Positions 63,381 through 64,000 of a stretch of DNA of 64,000 bases are shown one piece after another. This stretch comes from Mustelus asterias. Lineage: Eukaryota. The stretch covers positions 62,001 to 126,000 of the forward strand of contig NW_027590263.1 in the NCBI RefSeq assembly GCF_964213995.1, written 5' to 3'. A program made the translations under genes and the position numbers. Within the stretch, counting starts at the first letter, position 1, and each line of letters begins with the position of its first letter. Below the pieces are notes generated by a model. It was not told where the DNA came from, searched no databases, and was given only the letters and a program-made list of their open reading frames with translations.

Positions 63381-64000
63381 CAGCTGATTGGAGAATATCA
63401 TTGTGAATATTACTGAGTTTGGGGTGTAATATTTTCCTGCTGTTGCCAATATGGCTGTTTTTAACATAGTTTCTGGGATCCTCCAGTCTCCCCTCAGCAG
63501 CTTTCTGGGCAGTGAGAGGTGACACACCGTTCACTAGCAGAGGGAGTTTTTGGTCCTGTCGCTGTCAATGGGATTTCCCATTGAAGTCACCTCACGCTAG
63601 CAGGAAACCAGAGGCAGGGGAACGAGAGCAGAGAATTCCCCACGAGTGAACAGCCGGAGAATCCCGGACATTAGCTCCTTTCCCAGTTATCACTGCACTC
63701 AACCCAGTCGCTGTTTATACGCTCAGTTGTCTCAGTGAATACTACATTACACCATGCTGCTGTGGACACTACAATCAACCCTTTTTGAGTTCTCACTGTA
63801 TTAATACCATGTATGGATTGATATTTCATTGGACAATGTGCTGGGTTAGATGAATATTTATTGATTCTTGTGATGTGGGTGTCACTGGCTAGGTCAGCAT
63901 TTATTGCCCATTCCTAGTTGCCCTAGAGAAGGTGGTGATGAGCAGCCGTCTTGAACCCGCTGCTGTCTATGTGGTGTAGGTACACCCACAGTGCTGTTAG

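Overview
Repeat-rich vertebrate DNA with many N gaps. It is almost certainly from a cartilaginous fish: it carries HE1-like tRNA-derived SINEs, CR1, Rex1/Babar and Penelope LINE fragments, and a GPR139-like two-exon GPCR. The core (about 21.3-35.1 kb) is a T-cell receptor V-segment cluster, most likely TCR alpha/delta. It has three intact leader+V+23-RSS segments (two on the minus strand from a recent ~2.75-kb tandem duplication, one on plus), two 3' V remnants that keep a degenerate RSS, and one V cut off in FR2 by a 52-bp satellite. An intact GPR139/142-like receptor sits where the intact V genes diverge in orientation. V promoters carry CTCF-like, CRE-like and ETS:RUNX motifs. I found no D, J or C segments. 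The rest of the window is G-rich minisatellites, a 69-bp satellite/microsatellite compound array within a ~9.2-kb-offset duplication, a second duplication with an expanded 52-bp satellite, LINE/SINE debris, and an orphan CpG-rich promoter-like island near 54.5 kb. Species and locus identity cannot be proven from the sequence alone.
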